From an uncultured Oscillospiraceae bacterium (GTDB lineage Bacteria > Bacillota > Clostridia > Oscillospirales > Oscillospiraceae): a stretch of DNA of 64,000 nucleotides. Positions within the stretch are counted from its first letter, which is position 1. Every line of letters starts with the position of its first letter. Positions 48,326-57,650 of this stretch are shown in pieces. The DNA is taken from positions 12,559 to 76,558 of the forward strand of contig CAZENN010000001.1 of the NCBI GenBank assembly GCA_964513605.1. Direction: 5' to 3'. The notes below the pieces were generated by a model. That model searched no databases, was not told where the DNA came from, and saw only the letters and a program-made list of their open reading frames with translations. Both the position numbers and the translations under genes were made by a program.

Positions 48326-49393
48326 ATGGAAGAGCTGAATAATGAGCAGGCTGCTCCTGATAGCATTGATACAGAAGTGCCTCTCGATAAAAACGTGCGT
48401 CTCATGTCTCCCACCCGAATGGTGGTTCGCCGCTTTTTCCGCTCCAAGCTCAGTATCCTGGGTTTGGTGATGGTCATTGGACTTTTTCTGTTCAGTTTTC
48501 TGGGTCCAGTGTTTTTTGCGGACCCAGATGGGACGATCGATGGGAAATGGGGCGAGATTGAACTGGATGAAAGCGGAAAGACGGAGTATGCAACTGGTGA
48601 AACCACATACACAGTTGACGGTGTAACCTATACCCTAAGACAGACCACTGAAACACAGAAAAAGGACAATTTCCTTGCACCTCCGTCTTCTGAGCATATC
48701 TTGGGAACAGACAAGGAAGGCTACGATATCTTTGTACGCTTAATGTACGGCGGACAGATTTCATTGATTGTCAGCTTTATCGCAGTGTTTCTGATTACAA
48801 TTATTGGTGTGATTATGGGCGGCATTGCAGGATACTTCGGCGGTGCGATTGATAATATTATTATGCGTCTGTGTGATATCCTGATTTGTCTGCCTGGCAT
48901 TCCGATTTTGCTGATTATAAGTACGATTTTGGATGCCTCAGACATTGATGCAAAATACCGAATCTATCTGTTGATGATCTACCTGACCTTTATTTCCTGG
49001 CCTGGTACAGCCCGTCTGGTTCGCGGACAGATACTGTCTCTGCGTGAGCAGGAGTATATGGTAGCGGCCGAGGCTATGGGTTATTCCACTGGAAGAAAAA
49101 TTTTTAAGCATCTGGTTCCCAATGTTATGCCGCAGTTGATCGTTCAGATGAGCCTGAGCCTTGGCAGTATGATCCTTTATGAGGCAACTCTGTCCTATCT
49201 GAATTTGGGTGTCAAAGCTCCTTATGCAGCATGGGGAACCATGATCAACATCATTTCTACCGATGATACCATCCTCCAGAATCATCTGCATGTTTGGGTT
49301 CCGGCAGGTATCTGTATTGTGATTGCAGTTTTGGGCTTCAATTTTGTAGGCGATGGTCTGCGAGATGCCCTTGATCCGAAAGCGAGGAGATAA
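48326..49393 (+). CDS. oppC: Oligopeptide ABC transporter permease
   Basis: HILGTD, EYMVAAEAMG, KHLVPN, NFVGDGLRDALDP. Confidence 0.93.
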   Translation: MEELNNEQAAPDSIDTEVPLDKNVRLMSPTRMVVRRFFRSKLSILGLVMVIGLFLFSFLGPVFFADPDGTIDGKWGEIELDESGKTEYATGETTYTVDGVTYTLRQTTETQKKDNFLAPPSSEHILGTDKEGYDIFVRLMYGGQISLIVSFIAVFLITIIGVIMGGIAGYFGGAIDNIIMRLCDILICLPGIPILLIISTILDASDIDAKYRIYLLMIYLTFISWPGTARLVRGQILSLREQEYMVAAEAMGYSTGRKIFKHLVPNVMPQLIVQMSLSLGSMILYEATLSYLNLGVKAPYAAWGTMINIISTDDTILQNHLHVWVPAGICIVIAVLGFNFVGDGLRDALDPKARR

Positions 49394-49396
49394 TCG

Positions 49397-50608
49397 ATGG
49401 GGAAAGAAAGAGCTTCGAAAAATTATCTCACCGGACGTGAAATCAAGGCCATTGCCCGTGCAAACGCCAAAGAAATGAAGCGTCTGGAAGCCTATAAAAA
49501 CCGCAGAGCAGAGGAAGAAGAATTTCTGTCGAAGATGGACGATGATGCCAATATTCTAGAAATTGAAGATCTTCACACCTTCTTTTTCACGGAGCAAGGC
49601 GTTGTTAAGGCGGTCAACGGTGTATCCTACTCGGTCCCTGAAAATTCTGTTGTGGGTGTTGTGGGCGAGTCCGGTTGCGGTAAATCCGTTACCAGTATGT
49701 CTATTATGCGGCTCATTCAGGGACCCACCGGACAAATTGTAGACGGCTCCATCCGCTTTAAGACCTATGACTATAAGCGTGACGCAAAAGGAAAACCGGT
49801 TCTAAAATCCGATGGTTCGGGCATGGAAATGGAGGAGAAGGTTTACGATATTGCTAAGATGCCGATTCGGGAGATTCACCGCATTCGAGGCAAACAGGTC
49901 GCTATGATTTTCCAGGAGCCTATGACTTCTTTAAATCCTGTATTCACCATCGGTCAGCAGTTGGATGAGGTGACGCTTCTGCATCAGCCCGGTGCAACCA
50001 AGGCCAGTGCAAAAGCAAAATCTGAAGAGATGCTGCGTCTTGTTGGAATTATTCCTGAAAATGTCTATAAAGCGTTTCCACATGAGTTGTCCGGCGGCAT
50101 GCGCCAGCGTGTGATGATCGCTATGGCATTGGCAGCAGAGCCACGTCTGATTATTGCGGATGAGCCGACTACTGCTCTGGACGTGACCATTCAGGCTCAG
50201 ATATTGGATCTGCTGCAGGATATCAAGAATAAGATCGACGGCTCTATTTTGTTGATTACCCATGACCTTGGTGTGATTGCGGAAATGGCAGACTATGTGG
50301 TGGTGATGTATGCCGGTAAGGTGATTGAGAAGGGAACTGTTTTTGAGATTTTCCAGGATCCTAGACATCCTTATACCATCGGCTTACAAAAGTCCAAGCC
50401 CACCATGAGCTTGGACGATAGTACAGAGCTTTATAACATTCCCGGTAATGTGCCCAATCCAATTAACATGCCCAATCATTGTTACTTTAAAGAACGATGC
50501 GCCAAGTGTATAAAGAAATGCTCCGGCGATTATCCGCAAATGGTCCAAGTAAGTCCGACGCATTTTGTTGCTTGTCATTTATACGAAGAGGAGAAACAGC
50601 ATGGCTGA
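49397..50608 (+). CDS. oppD: Oligopeptide ABC transporter ATPase
   Basis: [28 protein letters not shown]-terminal Cys cluster. Confidence 0.93.
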   Translation: MGKERASKNYLTGREIKAIARANAKEMKRLEAYKNRRAEEEEFLSKMDDDANILEIEDLHTFFFTEQGVVKAVNGVSYSVPENSVVGVVGESGCGKSVTSMSIMRLIQGPTGQIVDGSIRFKTYDYKRDAKGKPVLKSDGSGMEMEEKVYDIAKMPIREIHRIRGKQVAMIFQEPMTSLNPVFTIGQQLDEVTLLHQPGATKASAKAKSEEMLRLVGIIPENVYKAFPHELSGGMRQRVMIAMALAAEPRLIIADEPTTALDVTIQAQILDLLQDIKNKIDGSILLITHDLGVIAEMADYVVVMYAGKVIEKGTVFEIFQDPRHPYTIGLQKSKPTMSLDDSTELYNIPGNVPNPINMPNHCYFKERCAKCIKKCSGDYPQMVQVSPTHFVACHLYEEEKQHG

Positions 50609-51710
50609 TATGATCGAAAAGAATACCAAGCAGAATATCGCTGCCTTTTCTGAAACATATAATGACGAGGCTTTGATGGCAGAATTTTACGCAAAGAGAC
50701 AGCAGCAAATTCAAGAAGATTTCGAGAAACCCTTTGATCCTGACTGCATTCTGGAGGTTCGCCATCTGCGTAAGTGCTTCCCTTTGAAAAAGACACTTAC
50801 CGGAAAAGTGACTAAGGAACTGGTTGCGGTGGATGATATCTCCTTTAAGCTCAAAGCAGGAGAGACACTGGGCATTGTTGGTGAGTCCGGCTGTGGAAAA
50901 ACAACAGCCGGCAGAGCGATCTTAAAATTGCACCAGCCCACCGGCGGTCAAATTATTTTCGATGGGCAGGATATTACCAATTTCACTCCCTCACAGATGC
51001 GCAATATCCGCAAGCAGATGCAGATCATTTTTCAGGACCCCTATTCGTCATTGCCTCCCAGAGATACCGTTGGCGGTATTCTCTCTGAGCCTGTAAAGGT
51101 TCATAAAATTGCTCCTAAAGATCAGGTCAAGGAATACGTTCTGGAATTGATGGAAAAGTGTGGCTTGAGAGATTACTATTTTGAACGATATCCTCATGAG
51201 TTCTCCGGTGGACAGCGTCAGCGGATTTGTATCGCACGAGCTTTGTCCGTCAATCCAAAGCTGGTGATTTGTGACGAACCAGTATCCGCTCTGGATGTGT
51301 CCATTCAGGCACAGATCATCAATCTGCTTAAAAAGCTGCAGAGAGAAATGAATTTGGCGTATGTATTTATTTCTCATGATTTGTCCGTGGTTAAATTTAT
51401 TTCGGACAAAATCGGTGTCATGTATCTTGGCTCCATGATGGAGTTTGGTTCGAAAGAGGCAATCTTCACCAATCCGTTGCATCCGTATACAAAGGCACTG
51501 TTTTCGGCGGTACCGAATCCAGATCCGACTGTAAAGATGGAGCGCATTAAACTGGCAGGAGATATTCCTTCTCCAGCCAATCCCCCCAAGGGATGCCGGT
51601 TCCATACACGCTGTCCCTATGCCAAAGAAATCTGCAAGCATGTCCCACCGGAGTATCGCGAGTATGAATCTGGACATTTTGCAGCATGCCACTTGCTTGA
51701 GGAGCAATAA
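50601..51710 (+). CDS. oppF: Oligopeptide ABC transporter ATPase
   Basis: GESGCGKT, FSGGQRQR, DEPVSALDVSIQAQ, GCRFHTRCP. Confidence 0.93.
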   Translation: MADMIEKNTKQNIAAFSETYNDEALMAEFYAKRQQQIQEDFEKPFDPDCILEVRHLRKCFPLKKTLTGKVTKELVAVDDISFKLKAGETLGIVGESGCGKTTAGRAILKLHQPTGGQIIFDGQDITNFTPSQMRNIRKQMQIIFQDPYSSLPPRDTVGGILSEPVKVHKIAPKDQVKEYVLELMEKCGLRDYYFERYPHEFSGGQRQRICIARALSVNPKLVICDEPVSALDVSIQAQIINLLKKLQREMNLAYVFISHDLSVVKFISDKIGVMYLGSMMEFGSKEAIFTNPLHPYTKALFSAVPNPDPTVKMERIKLAGDIPSPANPPKGCRFHTRCPYAKEICKHVPPEYREYESGHFAACHLLEEQ

Positions 51711-51716
51711 TCAGCG

Positions 51717-51965
51717 ATGGGGAAAAAGAAAAAAGAAAAGATCAAGTATATTGATGACGGCAGAACAATTGCGGATATGTCTAATGTGCGCTCCGGACCA
51801 CGGCTGGGGGGAAAGAAAAACTATCGCCCAAGCCCTAAGTTTAAGGATGTTTGGAAAACCTATTGGGGTGCTGTTAAAATGATGATCATGCCAATGCTGG
51901 TCGTTATCGTTGCGCTTTGTATCATTTACATGGTGCTGTATGCCGTATTTTTCTTTATGGGTTGA
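51717..51965 (+). CDS. Small basic membrane protein
   Basis: KYIDDGRTIADMS motif and C-terminal TM helix; 6 nt after oppF. Confidence 0.7.
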   Translation: MGKKKKEKIKYIDDGRTIADMSNVRSGPRLGGKKNYRPSPKFKDVWKTYWGAVKMMIMPMLVVIVALCIIYMVLYAVFFFMG

Positions 51966-51981
51966 TCTGAATAAAATAACT

Positions 51982-52020
51982 CACCGGCTTCGAAAACTTC
52001 GAAGCCGGTGTTATTTTTTT
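51982..52020. terminator. Bidirectional intrinsic terminator
   Basis: caccggcttcgaa-aac-ttcgaagccggtg flanked by A-rich and T-rich runs. Confidence 0.85.
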
Positions 52021-52032
52021 CAAGGGGAATTA

Positions 52033-53610
52033 TTATGGCAAAATATCATCAATGAGTTGCTTCAGCTCTTCGTAGGTGGTGGCACCATATATGGTAGATA
52101 CAATGACTCCATCTTGATCAAGCACAACAGTGATTGGCCACGCCTGACTTCCACCCAACATGCGGAAATATTCCTCACCCTCTCCATCACGGCAGAAGGT
52201 GAAATCCGCACCGGGGAAATTTTCCGCAATAAAGACGGGGATATCACTTCCGTATTCTTCGTAGGAGTGAACAGCTAGAATTTCTACTTGTTCTCCATAT
52301 TCTTCCTTGACAAGCGGGAATTCTGTTTGAAGTTCTTTTACACAGGAACCACAGTAGATGTACCAGAAGTTTACCAAAGTGACCTTGCCGCGTGTGTCTT
52401 CTACGCTAACGGTCCGATCCTCGCCGTATACATCCAGCTCGTAATCATAGCATAGATTTCCTACTTGTCCGCCTACGGGGGGCGCATCGGTTATGACATC
52501 TTGAGAACCTTGCGTACTATCGATCTCTTGACTTTGCTCGGGTATGACTGAGACCGGGTCTTTATCAATGAAATTATAATATATCAATGCGGTGCACAGC
52601 ACAGCCAGCATGGTAAGCCCGACCATCATCCGAGCAATCTTTGTTTTCCTTGGGAGAGGCGTACCGGGGGCATCCACAGGATCAACCTTTTTAACGGTTG
52701 CAGCGGAAGGGCGACCACCAACCTCATTGGGAGCAAGAAGAATTTTTGGACCTTTATAGGAGATGGCACCGGTGGGACATACATTGACACATTTACCGCA
52801 GCTGATGCATTCGTGGTCACCAACATGTCGGATATCCATATCGCATGTTCCTACACATAAACCACAGTCGGTACACCTTGGCTTGTCCAGCTTAATACCG
52901 AGGAAGGAGATGCGGTTGAACAAGCCATAAATGGCACCCAAAGGGCAGAAGAAACGACAGAAGAAACGATAAATGAATACTGCACCGACAATAAAAAGAA
53001 CCAATAAACAAAATTTCCATGTAAACAATGATCCTAGCATAGAGAACATGCTGCTGTTGTTTTCATTGGAAAGAAGACCGCCTGCGCCAAGAAGCGTACC
53101 GGATGGGCAAATATATTTACAAAATGCGGGCATTGGGAAAGATTTTGACGCATAGATCAGTGGGAGAATAACCACAAATACCACTAAAATGATATGCTTC
53201 AAAAAGGACAGAATTTTGGTGACAGGGCTTTTTCGGAGCTTCGGAGTTTTGATTTTGTGAAGTAAGTCCTGGATTAAACCAAAGGGGCACAGGAAACCGC
53301 AGATCCAACGCCCAAACAGAATGCCAAACAAAAGCAGAATACCAAGCATGTAATAGGGGAGACGTGCATCGGAACTTCCAAGTGCATTTTGCAAAGCTCC
53401 CAATGGGCAAGCCGCAGAAGCTGCCGGGCAGGAATAGCAATTCAGCCCAGGTGTACAAACGGCTTTCACATTACCCTGGTAGATTTGACCGCTGCCGACT
53501 CCTTTTAGATTAGCATTGGTTAGAAGCGCAGCATAAAGCTGGATGATACGCCGTTTCGTAGGCTTGTGATCATGCAACCATTGTTTCAATGTTCTTTTTT
53601 CTTTCTTCAT
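52033..53610 (-). CDS. Membrane 4Fe-4S protein (NapH/MauN-like) fused to a TlpA-like thioredoxin (CGSC)
   Basis: CTPGLNCYSCP..ACPLG, GRWICGFLCPFG, FCKYICP, RFFCRFFCPLG, two CxxCxxCxxxC motifs, TM helix, then NFWYIYCGSC..WPITVVLD. Confidence 0.85.
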   Translation of the reverse strand: MKKEKRTLKQWLHDHKPTKRRIIQLYAALLTNANLKGVGSGQIYQGNVKAVCTPGLNCYSCPAASAACPLGALQNALGSSDARLPYYMLGILLLFGILFGRWICGFLCPFGLIQDLLHKIKTPKLRKSPVTKILSFLKHIILVVFVVILPLIYASKSFPMPAFCKYICPSGTLLGAGGLLSNENNSSMFSMLGSLFTWKFCLLVLFIVGAVFIYRFFCRFFCPLGAIYGLFNRISFLGIKLDKPRCTDCGLCVGTCDMDIRHVGDHECISCGKCVNVCPTGAISYKGPKILLAPNEVGGRPSAATVKKVDPVDAPGTPLPRKTKIARMMVGLTMLAVLCTALIYYNFIDKDPVSVIPEQSQEIDSTQGSQDVITDAPPVGGQVGNLCYDYELDVYGEDRTVSVEDTRGKVTLVNFWYIYCGSCVKELQTEFPLVKEEYGEQVEILAVHSYEEYGSDIPVFIAENFPGADFTFCRDGEGEEYFRMLGGSQAWPITVVLDQDGVIVSTIYGATTYEELKQLIDDILP

Positions 53611-53614
53611 ATGT

Positions 53615-54409
53615 TTACCCAAGTCCTATACATTCAGTGCAGATGGCAATGGCCTTTTTTAGAACGTCATTGGCACCGCCGTTTATAATACCAACTAGGA
53701 TGAAACTTGCAGCCAGTAATAATAAGCACCCTCGAATACACCATAGCAGCCACTTCTTTTTGTGGTTTTTATCAGAAATAATGGGAGCAATCTTTCCGGA
53801 GCTTCCTGATAAAACATGTTTGCAGAATTTTATTTCATTGCGTATACTTCTTCTGATGAGAAGATAGAAGATGAAAAAGCATGCTAAACCAAGGAGGGCG
53901 GGGGTCATTACGATCAGGATGGCTTTTATGATATCTGCATTCAGGTTTGCAACGGTAAAGTGGTCAGGGTCAGCAAAATAATAAGTTGGATAAATCATCA
54001 GAAGGATGCAAACGACACAAGGAATTACCAGAAATATGCAACGCCAGACTTTACGCCGCCATAGGTTCTTTTTCAACAACATGCGATTTTCATCCTCAGC
54101 AGACAATACCCTGGCACGCAGTCGAGCCAGTAAGGCTCTCTCTTGTGCAACAGCTTTTGGACGTTTTCTTTCTAATGGGAAAATAACATCCAGAGCAATT
54201 CCGGCCACAATTCCGGCAATCGTTATGTATACAACACTACTGATTCTGTCAAATCTCTGTGCGATGGCGTCTGGACTATATGGGTCACGATCACTGCTAT
54301 AGTAGATGTCGAGGCAAGACGTAATCAGAAGTATACCCAGTATGGCGATCAGTACCGCTAGGGTGATACTATGGACAAAGTGAATCCGCTTTAATTTATT
54401 TTGCGTCAT
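53615..54409 (-). CDS. Polytopic membrane protein ending in a CD1871A-family-like CxxC module
   Basis: About 5 TM helices; C-terminal GIINGGANDVLKKAIAICTECIGLG directly upstream of the Fe-S gene. Confidence 0.75.
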   Translation of the reverse strand: MTQNKLKRIHFVHSITLAVLIAILGILLITSCLDIYYSSDRDPYSPDAIAQRFDRISSVVYITIAGIVAGIALDVIFPLERKRPKAVAQERALLARLRARVLSAEDENRMLLKKNLWRRKVWRCIFLVIPCVVCILLMIYPTYYFADPDHFTVANLNADIIKAILIVMTPALLGLACFFIFYLLIRRSIRNEIKFCKHVLSGSSGKIAPIISDKNHKKKWLLWCIRGCLLLLAASFILVGIINGGANDVLKKAIAICTECIGLG

Positions 54410-54457
54410 AATTCATTCTTCCTGCGGCAAAACGCAGACCTTTCTACAATTTTTTTT

Positions 54458-54486
54458 ATTATATCACGGACAATATTGCCCGTCAA
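54458..54486 (-). promoter_or_regulatory. sigma-A promoter with a palindromic spacer
   Basis: Minus strand TTGACG-17 bp-TATAAT with extended TG; acggacaat|attgcccgt. Confidence 0.75.
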
Positions 54487-54620
54487 GAAGCGTGAAAATA
54501 GTTTGTGGTTGAACAATGCGAGTTAGTTAATTATTATAATGTGTAGTACAATAGCATCGGTTCTTTTCAAAAATGGCATCCATCGCAAACGAAAAAAATA
54601 TCAAAATATGAAAATAATGC

Positions 54621-54649
54621 TTGATTTTTTATTTTAAATATGTTAGAAT
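54621..54649 (+). promoter_or_regulatory. sigma-A promoter of rplS
   Basis: TTGATT-17 bp-TAGAAT with extended TG. Confidence 0.65.
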
Positions 54650-54666
54650 ACATCGGTCTGAAATCA

Positions 54667-54705
54667 AGGTGCGTCCTCTGCGCAGATCTTGACGCATGAA
54701 CGCCT
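54667..54705 (+). ncRNA. Ribosomal protein L19 leader
   Basis: aggtgcgTCCTCTGcg...cgcatGAACgcct hairpin with the characteristic internal loop, just upstream of the rplS RBS. Confidence 0.7.
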
Positions 54706-54726
54706 AATATTTAAGGAGGACATGAA

Positions 54727-55068
54727 ATGGATTTAGTAAAGGCTCTGTCTAGCCAGTACATGAAGCCCGAGCTGCCCGAGATGCGGGTTGGCGATACGGT
54801 TCGTGTGCATGTGCGCATCAAGGAAGGTTCTCGTGAGCGTATCCAGGTGTTTGAGGGTACCATCATTGCCCGTAAGCACGGTGGTATCGGTGAGACCATC
54901 ACCGTTCGCCGCATCAGCTACGGTGTTGGCTGCGAGAAGGTTTTCCCTGTTCACTCTCCCCGTATTGCCAGCGTTGAGACCGTCCGTAAGGGCAAGGTTC
55001 GCCGCGCTAAGCTGTACTACCTGCGTGAGCGCTTCGGCAAGGCTGCAAAGGTCAAGGAGAGAGTTTAA
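54727..55068 (+). CDS. rplS: 50S ribosomal protein L19
   Basis: [32 protein letters not shown]. Confidence 0.98.
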   Translation: MDLVKALSSQYMKPELPEMRVGDTVRVHVRIKEGSRERIQVFEGTIIARKHGGIGETITVRRISYGVGCEKVFPVHSPRIASVETVRKGKVRRAKLYYLRERFGKAAKVKERV

Positions 55069-55080
55069 TCTGAACTTCAT

Positions 55081-55108
55081 AAAAAAAGAGGGGCGACCCT
55101 CTTTTTTT
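55081..55108 (+). terminator. Intrinsic terminator
   Basis: aaaaaaagaggg-gcga-ccctcttttttt. Confidence 0.85.
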
Positions 55109-55197
55109 ATTTGCCTTTTTATGCTTTTTGTGTATAATAGTATGAGTGTTAGTGCGCCCGGTGAGGCACATGAATGATCGAGACAGGAGGTATTACT

Positions 55198-55818
55198 ATG
55201 GGAAAAACCGAACGGAAAAAGAGACATGCGGATCAGGAAGAAGTAAAGTTGACTTGGCAGCAAAAAATCATACTGGACTTGCATGACCTGATTTATGTCT
55301 TGGCCGCTTTTATGCTTGTATACATGCTGCTGTTCCGCGTTGTTGTGGTGGTTGGTCCTTCTATGAAGGACACACTTGTGGACGGGGATCGGCTTGTTCT
55401 TTTAAGCAATACGCTCTACAATAATCCGCAATATGGCGACGTGATCGTTGCCAGTAAGGATTCATTTGGTGATGGTGAATGCATCATTAAGCGCGTCATT
55501 GCGACAGAGGGACAAACTGTCGATATTGATTTTCAAAGAGGCGTTGTGATTGTCGATAATGTTGAACTTCAGGAGGACTATGTCCGCACCAGCACAACTC
55601 TGCAGGAGGGGATGGTGTTCCCTACAGTTGTACCGGAAGGATGCGTTTTTGCACTGGGTGACAATCGAAACAGCTCCAAGGATAGTCGTGATCCTGAAAT
55701 CGGTTTTATCGACAAACGCGAGATTTTGGGAAAGGCTGTTTTTTTGCTGATGCCGGGGTCCGATGGCGGTCAGATCGAACCGGACTATGATCGCATCGGG
55801 TTTGAGGTGCTTGATTGA
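55198..55818 (+). CDS. lepB: Signal peptidase I
   Basis: GPSMKDTL, IIKRVIA, GDNRNSSKDSR. Confidence 0.93.
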   Translation: MGKTERKKRHADQEEVKLTWQQKIILDLHDLIYVLAAFMLVYMLLFRVVVVVGPSMKDTLVDGDRLVLLSNTLYNNPQYGDVIVASKDSFGDGECIIKRVIATEGQTVDIDFQRGVVIVDNVELQEDYVRTSTTLQEGMVFPTVVPEGCVFALGDNRNSSKDSRDPEIGFIDKREILGKAVFLLMPGSDGGQIEPDYDRIGFEVLD

Positions 55819-56687
55819 TGAGTAATGACCAAATGAATATTCAGTGGTATCCCGGACACATGACAAAGACCCGACGCCAAATGGAGTCAGATTTGAAGCA
55901 GGTGGATGCGGTATGTGAAATCGTGGATGCCCGTATCCCTATTTCCAGCAGAAATCCGGATATTGATTCCATTTGCGGCAGCAAACCGCGTATTATGATT
56001 CTGAACCGAATGGATCTTGCAGATCCGGATGCTACTGTCAGATGGGCGAATCATTATCGTAGTCAGGGCTTTGCCGCAATCGCAACTGACTGCAAAAGCC
56101 GCAGAGGAATTTCCTCCTTTACTCCGGCGGTCCGTCAGGTATTAAAGGAAAAACTGGAACGAGATGCCGCTCGGGGGATGAACCGTCCTCTAAGAGTGAT
56201 GGTCGTTGGTATTCCGAATGTGGGAAAATCCACTTTAATCAATCAGATTTCCGGCAGAAAAGGCGCAAAAGCTGAGAATCGCCCCGGTGTCACCAGAGGC
56301 AAGCAATGGGTCACAGTGGACCAGGGGCTGCTTTTGCTGGACACTCCGGGGATTTTATGGCCAAAGTTTGAGGATCCCGATGTGGGAATGAAGCTCGCTT
56401 ATACAGGCGCTGTTAAGGATGGCATTTTAGATGTGGAAGAACTGGCGTCTTTTCTAATTCAATTGCTGTGGCAAAGATATCCTCAGTCGCTGATTGGTCG
56501 CTATGGTATCGAGGCTGCAGAAGATGTAACGGGTTATGAGCTTTTGCAGCTTGCCGGTAAGAAACGCGGTTTTCTGTTGGCGAAGGGGGAGATTCATACC
56601 GAACGAATGGCTAAGGTTCTGCTTGATGAATACCGCAATGGAAAACTCGGACGCTTCACCCTTGAATTACCGGAGGATTTGAAATGA
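55818..56687 (+). CDS. ylqF: Ribosome biogenesis GTPase RbgA/YlqF
   Basis: IQWYPGHM, DARIP, GIPNVGKS, DTPGILWPK. Confidence 0.96.
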   Translation: MSNDQMNIQWYPGHMTKTRRQMESDLKQVDAVCEIVDARIPISSRNPDIDSICGSKPRIMILNRMDLADPDATVRWANHYRSQGFAAIATDCKSRRGISSFTPAVRQVLKEKLERDAARGMNRPLRVMVVGIPNVGKSTLINQISGRKGAKAENRPGVTRGKQWVTVDQGLLLLDTPGILWPKFEDPDVGMKLAYTGAVKDGILDVEELASFLIQLLWQRYPQSLIGRYGIEAAEDVTGYELLQLAGKKRGFLLAKGEIHTERMAKVLLDEYRNGKLGRFTLELPEDLK

Positions 56688-57298
56688 GCCAGATTGATAT
56701 GTGGGAGATTGAAGAATCGTTCTTTTCCAAGGGAATTCAAAGGATTTGTGGTGTTGATGAGGCCGGCAGAGGTCCTCTTGCCGGACCGGTGTGTGCTGCC
56801 GCAGTCATCCTTCCTCCACATGTAGAGATTCCGGGATTGAATGACAGCAAAAAGCTGACAGATAAGCGGCGTAGAGAGCTGTTTCCGATTATCAAGGAGC
56901 TAGCCATAGCCTATGGCATTGGATTTGCCAGCCACGAAGAAATCGATGATATCAATATTCTTCAGGCAACTTATCTGGCAATGGAACGTGCAATGGCTCA
57001 GTTGTCAATATCACCGGAGTTGGCTTTGATCGATGGAAATCGTTCAAAGGATTTTGGTATTCCGGTGGAAACGGTTGTTAAAGGAGACAGCCGCAGTGCC
57101 AGTATAGCAGCAGCATCCATCCTTGCAAAGGTAACCAGAGATGATTGGATGCTGGAACAAGCAAAGACATATCCCGAATATGATTTTGATATTCATAAAG
57201 GCTATGGAACTAAAGCGCATTATGGAGCGCTGTCGACATATGGTGCATGCCCAATTCACCGTAAGTCCTTTTTGAGAAAATTCTATGGGGATAAATAA
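56684..57298 (+). CDS. rnhB: Ribonuclease HII
   Basis: GVDEAGRGPLAGPV, DSKKL, IAAASILAKV. Confidence 0.96.
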   Translation: MSQIDMWEIEESFFSKGIQRICGVDEAGRGPLAGPVCAAAVILPPHVEIPGLNDSKKLTDKRRRELFPIIKELAIAYGIGFASHEEIDDINILQATYLAMERAMAQLSISPELALIDGNRSKDFGIPVETVVKGDSRSASIAAASILAKVTRDDWMLEQAKTYPEYDFDIHKGYGTKAHYGALSTYGACPIHRKSFLRKFYGDK

Positions 57299-57650
57299 TA
57301 TTTCCGGAGCCTGGGGAGAGGCACAGGCGGCGCAATTTCTAATAAAAAAGCATTACCGAGTGGTTGCCAGTGGATACCGCAGTTGTTTTGGTGAGATCGA
57401 TCTTATCGTACAGAACCGACATTATCTTGTTTTTGTAGAAGTCAAGCTGAGAAAATCTGCAAATTTTGCGCAAGCGAGGGAATTTGTGGATGGACGTAAG
57501 CAAGAACGCATCAAAAAGACAGCGTTACTATATCTTGCGCAGTACCCGACTAAATTGCAGCCACGGTTTGATGTAGTGGAAATTTATGCGCCACAGGGAA
57601 TCAAAACACCCTGCCCTCAAATCAATCATTTGGAGGATGCATTTCAATGA
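57285..57650 (+). CDS. YraN family protein
   Basis: GEIDLI..LVFVEVK, RFDV. Confidence 0.9.
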   Translation: MGINNISGAWGEAQAAQFLIKKHYRVVASGYRSCFGEIDLIVQNRHYLVFVEVKLRKSANFAQAREFVDGRKQERIKKTALLYLAQYPTKLQPRFDVVEIYAPQGIKTPCPQINHLEDAFQ

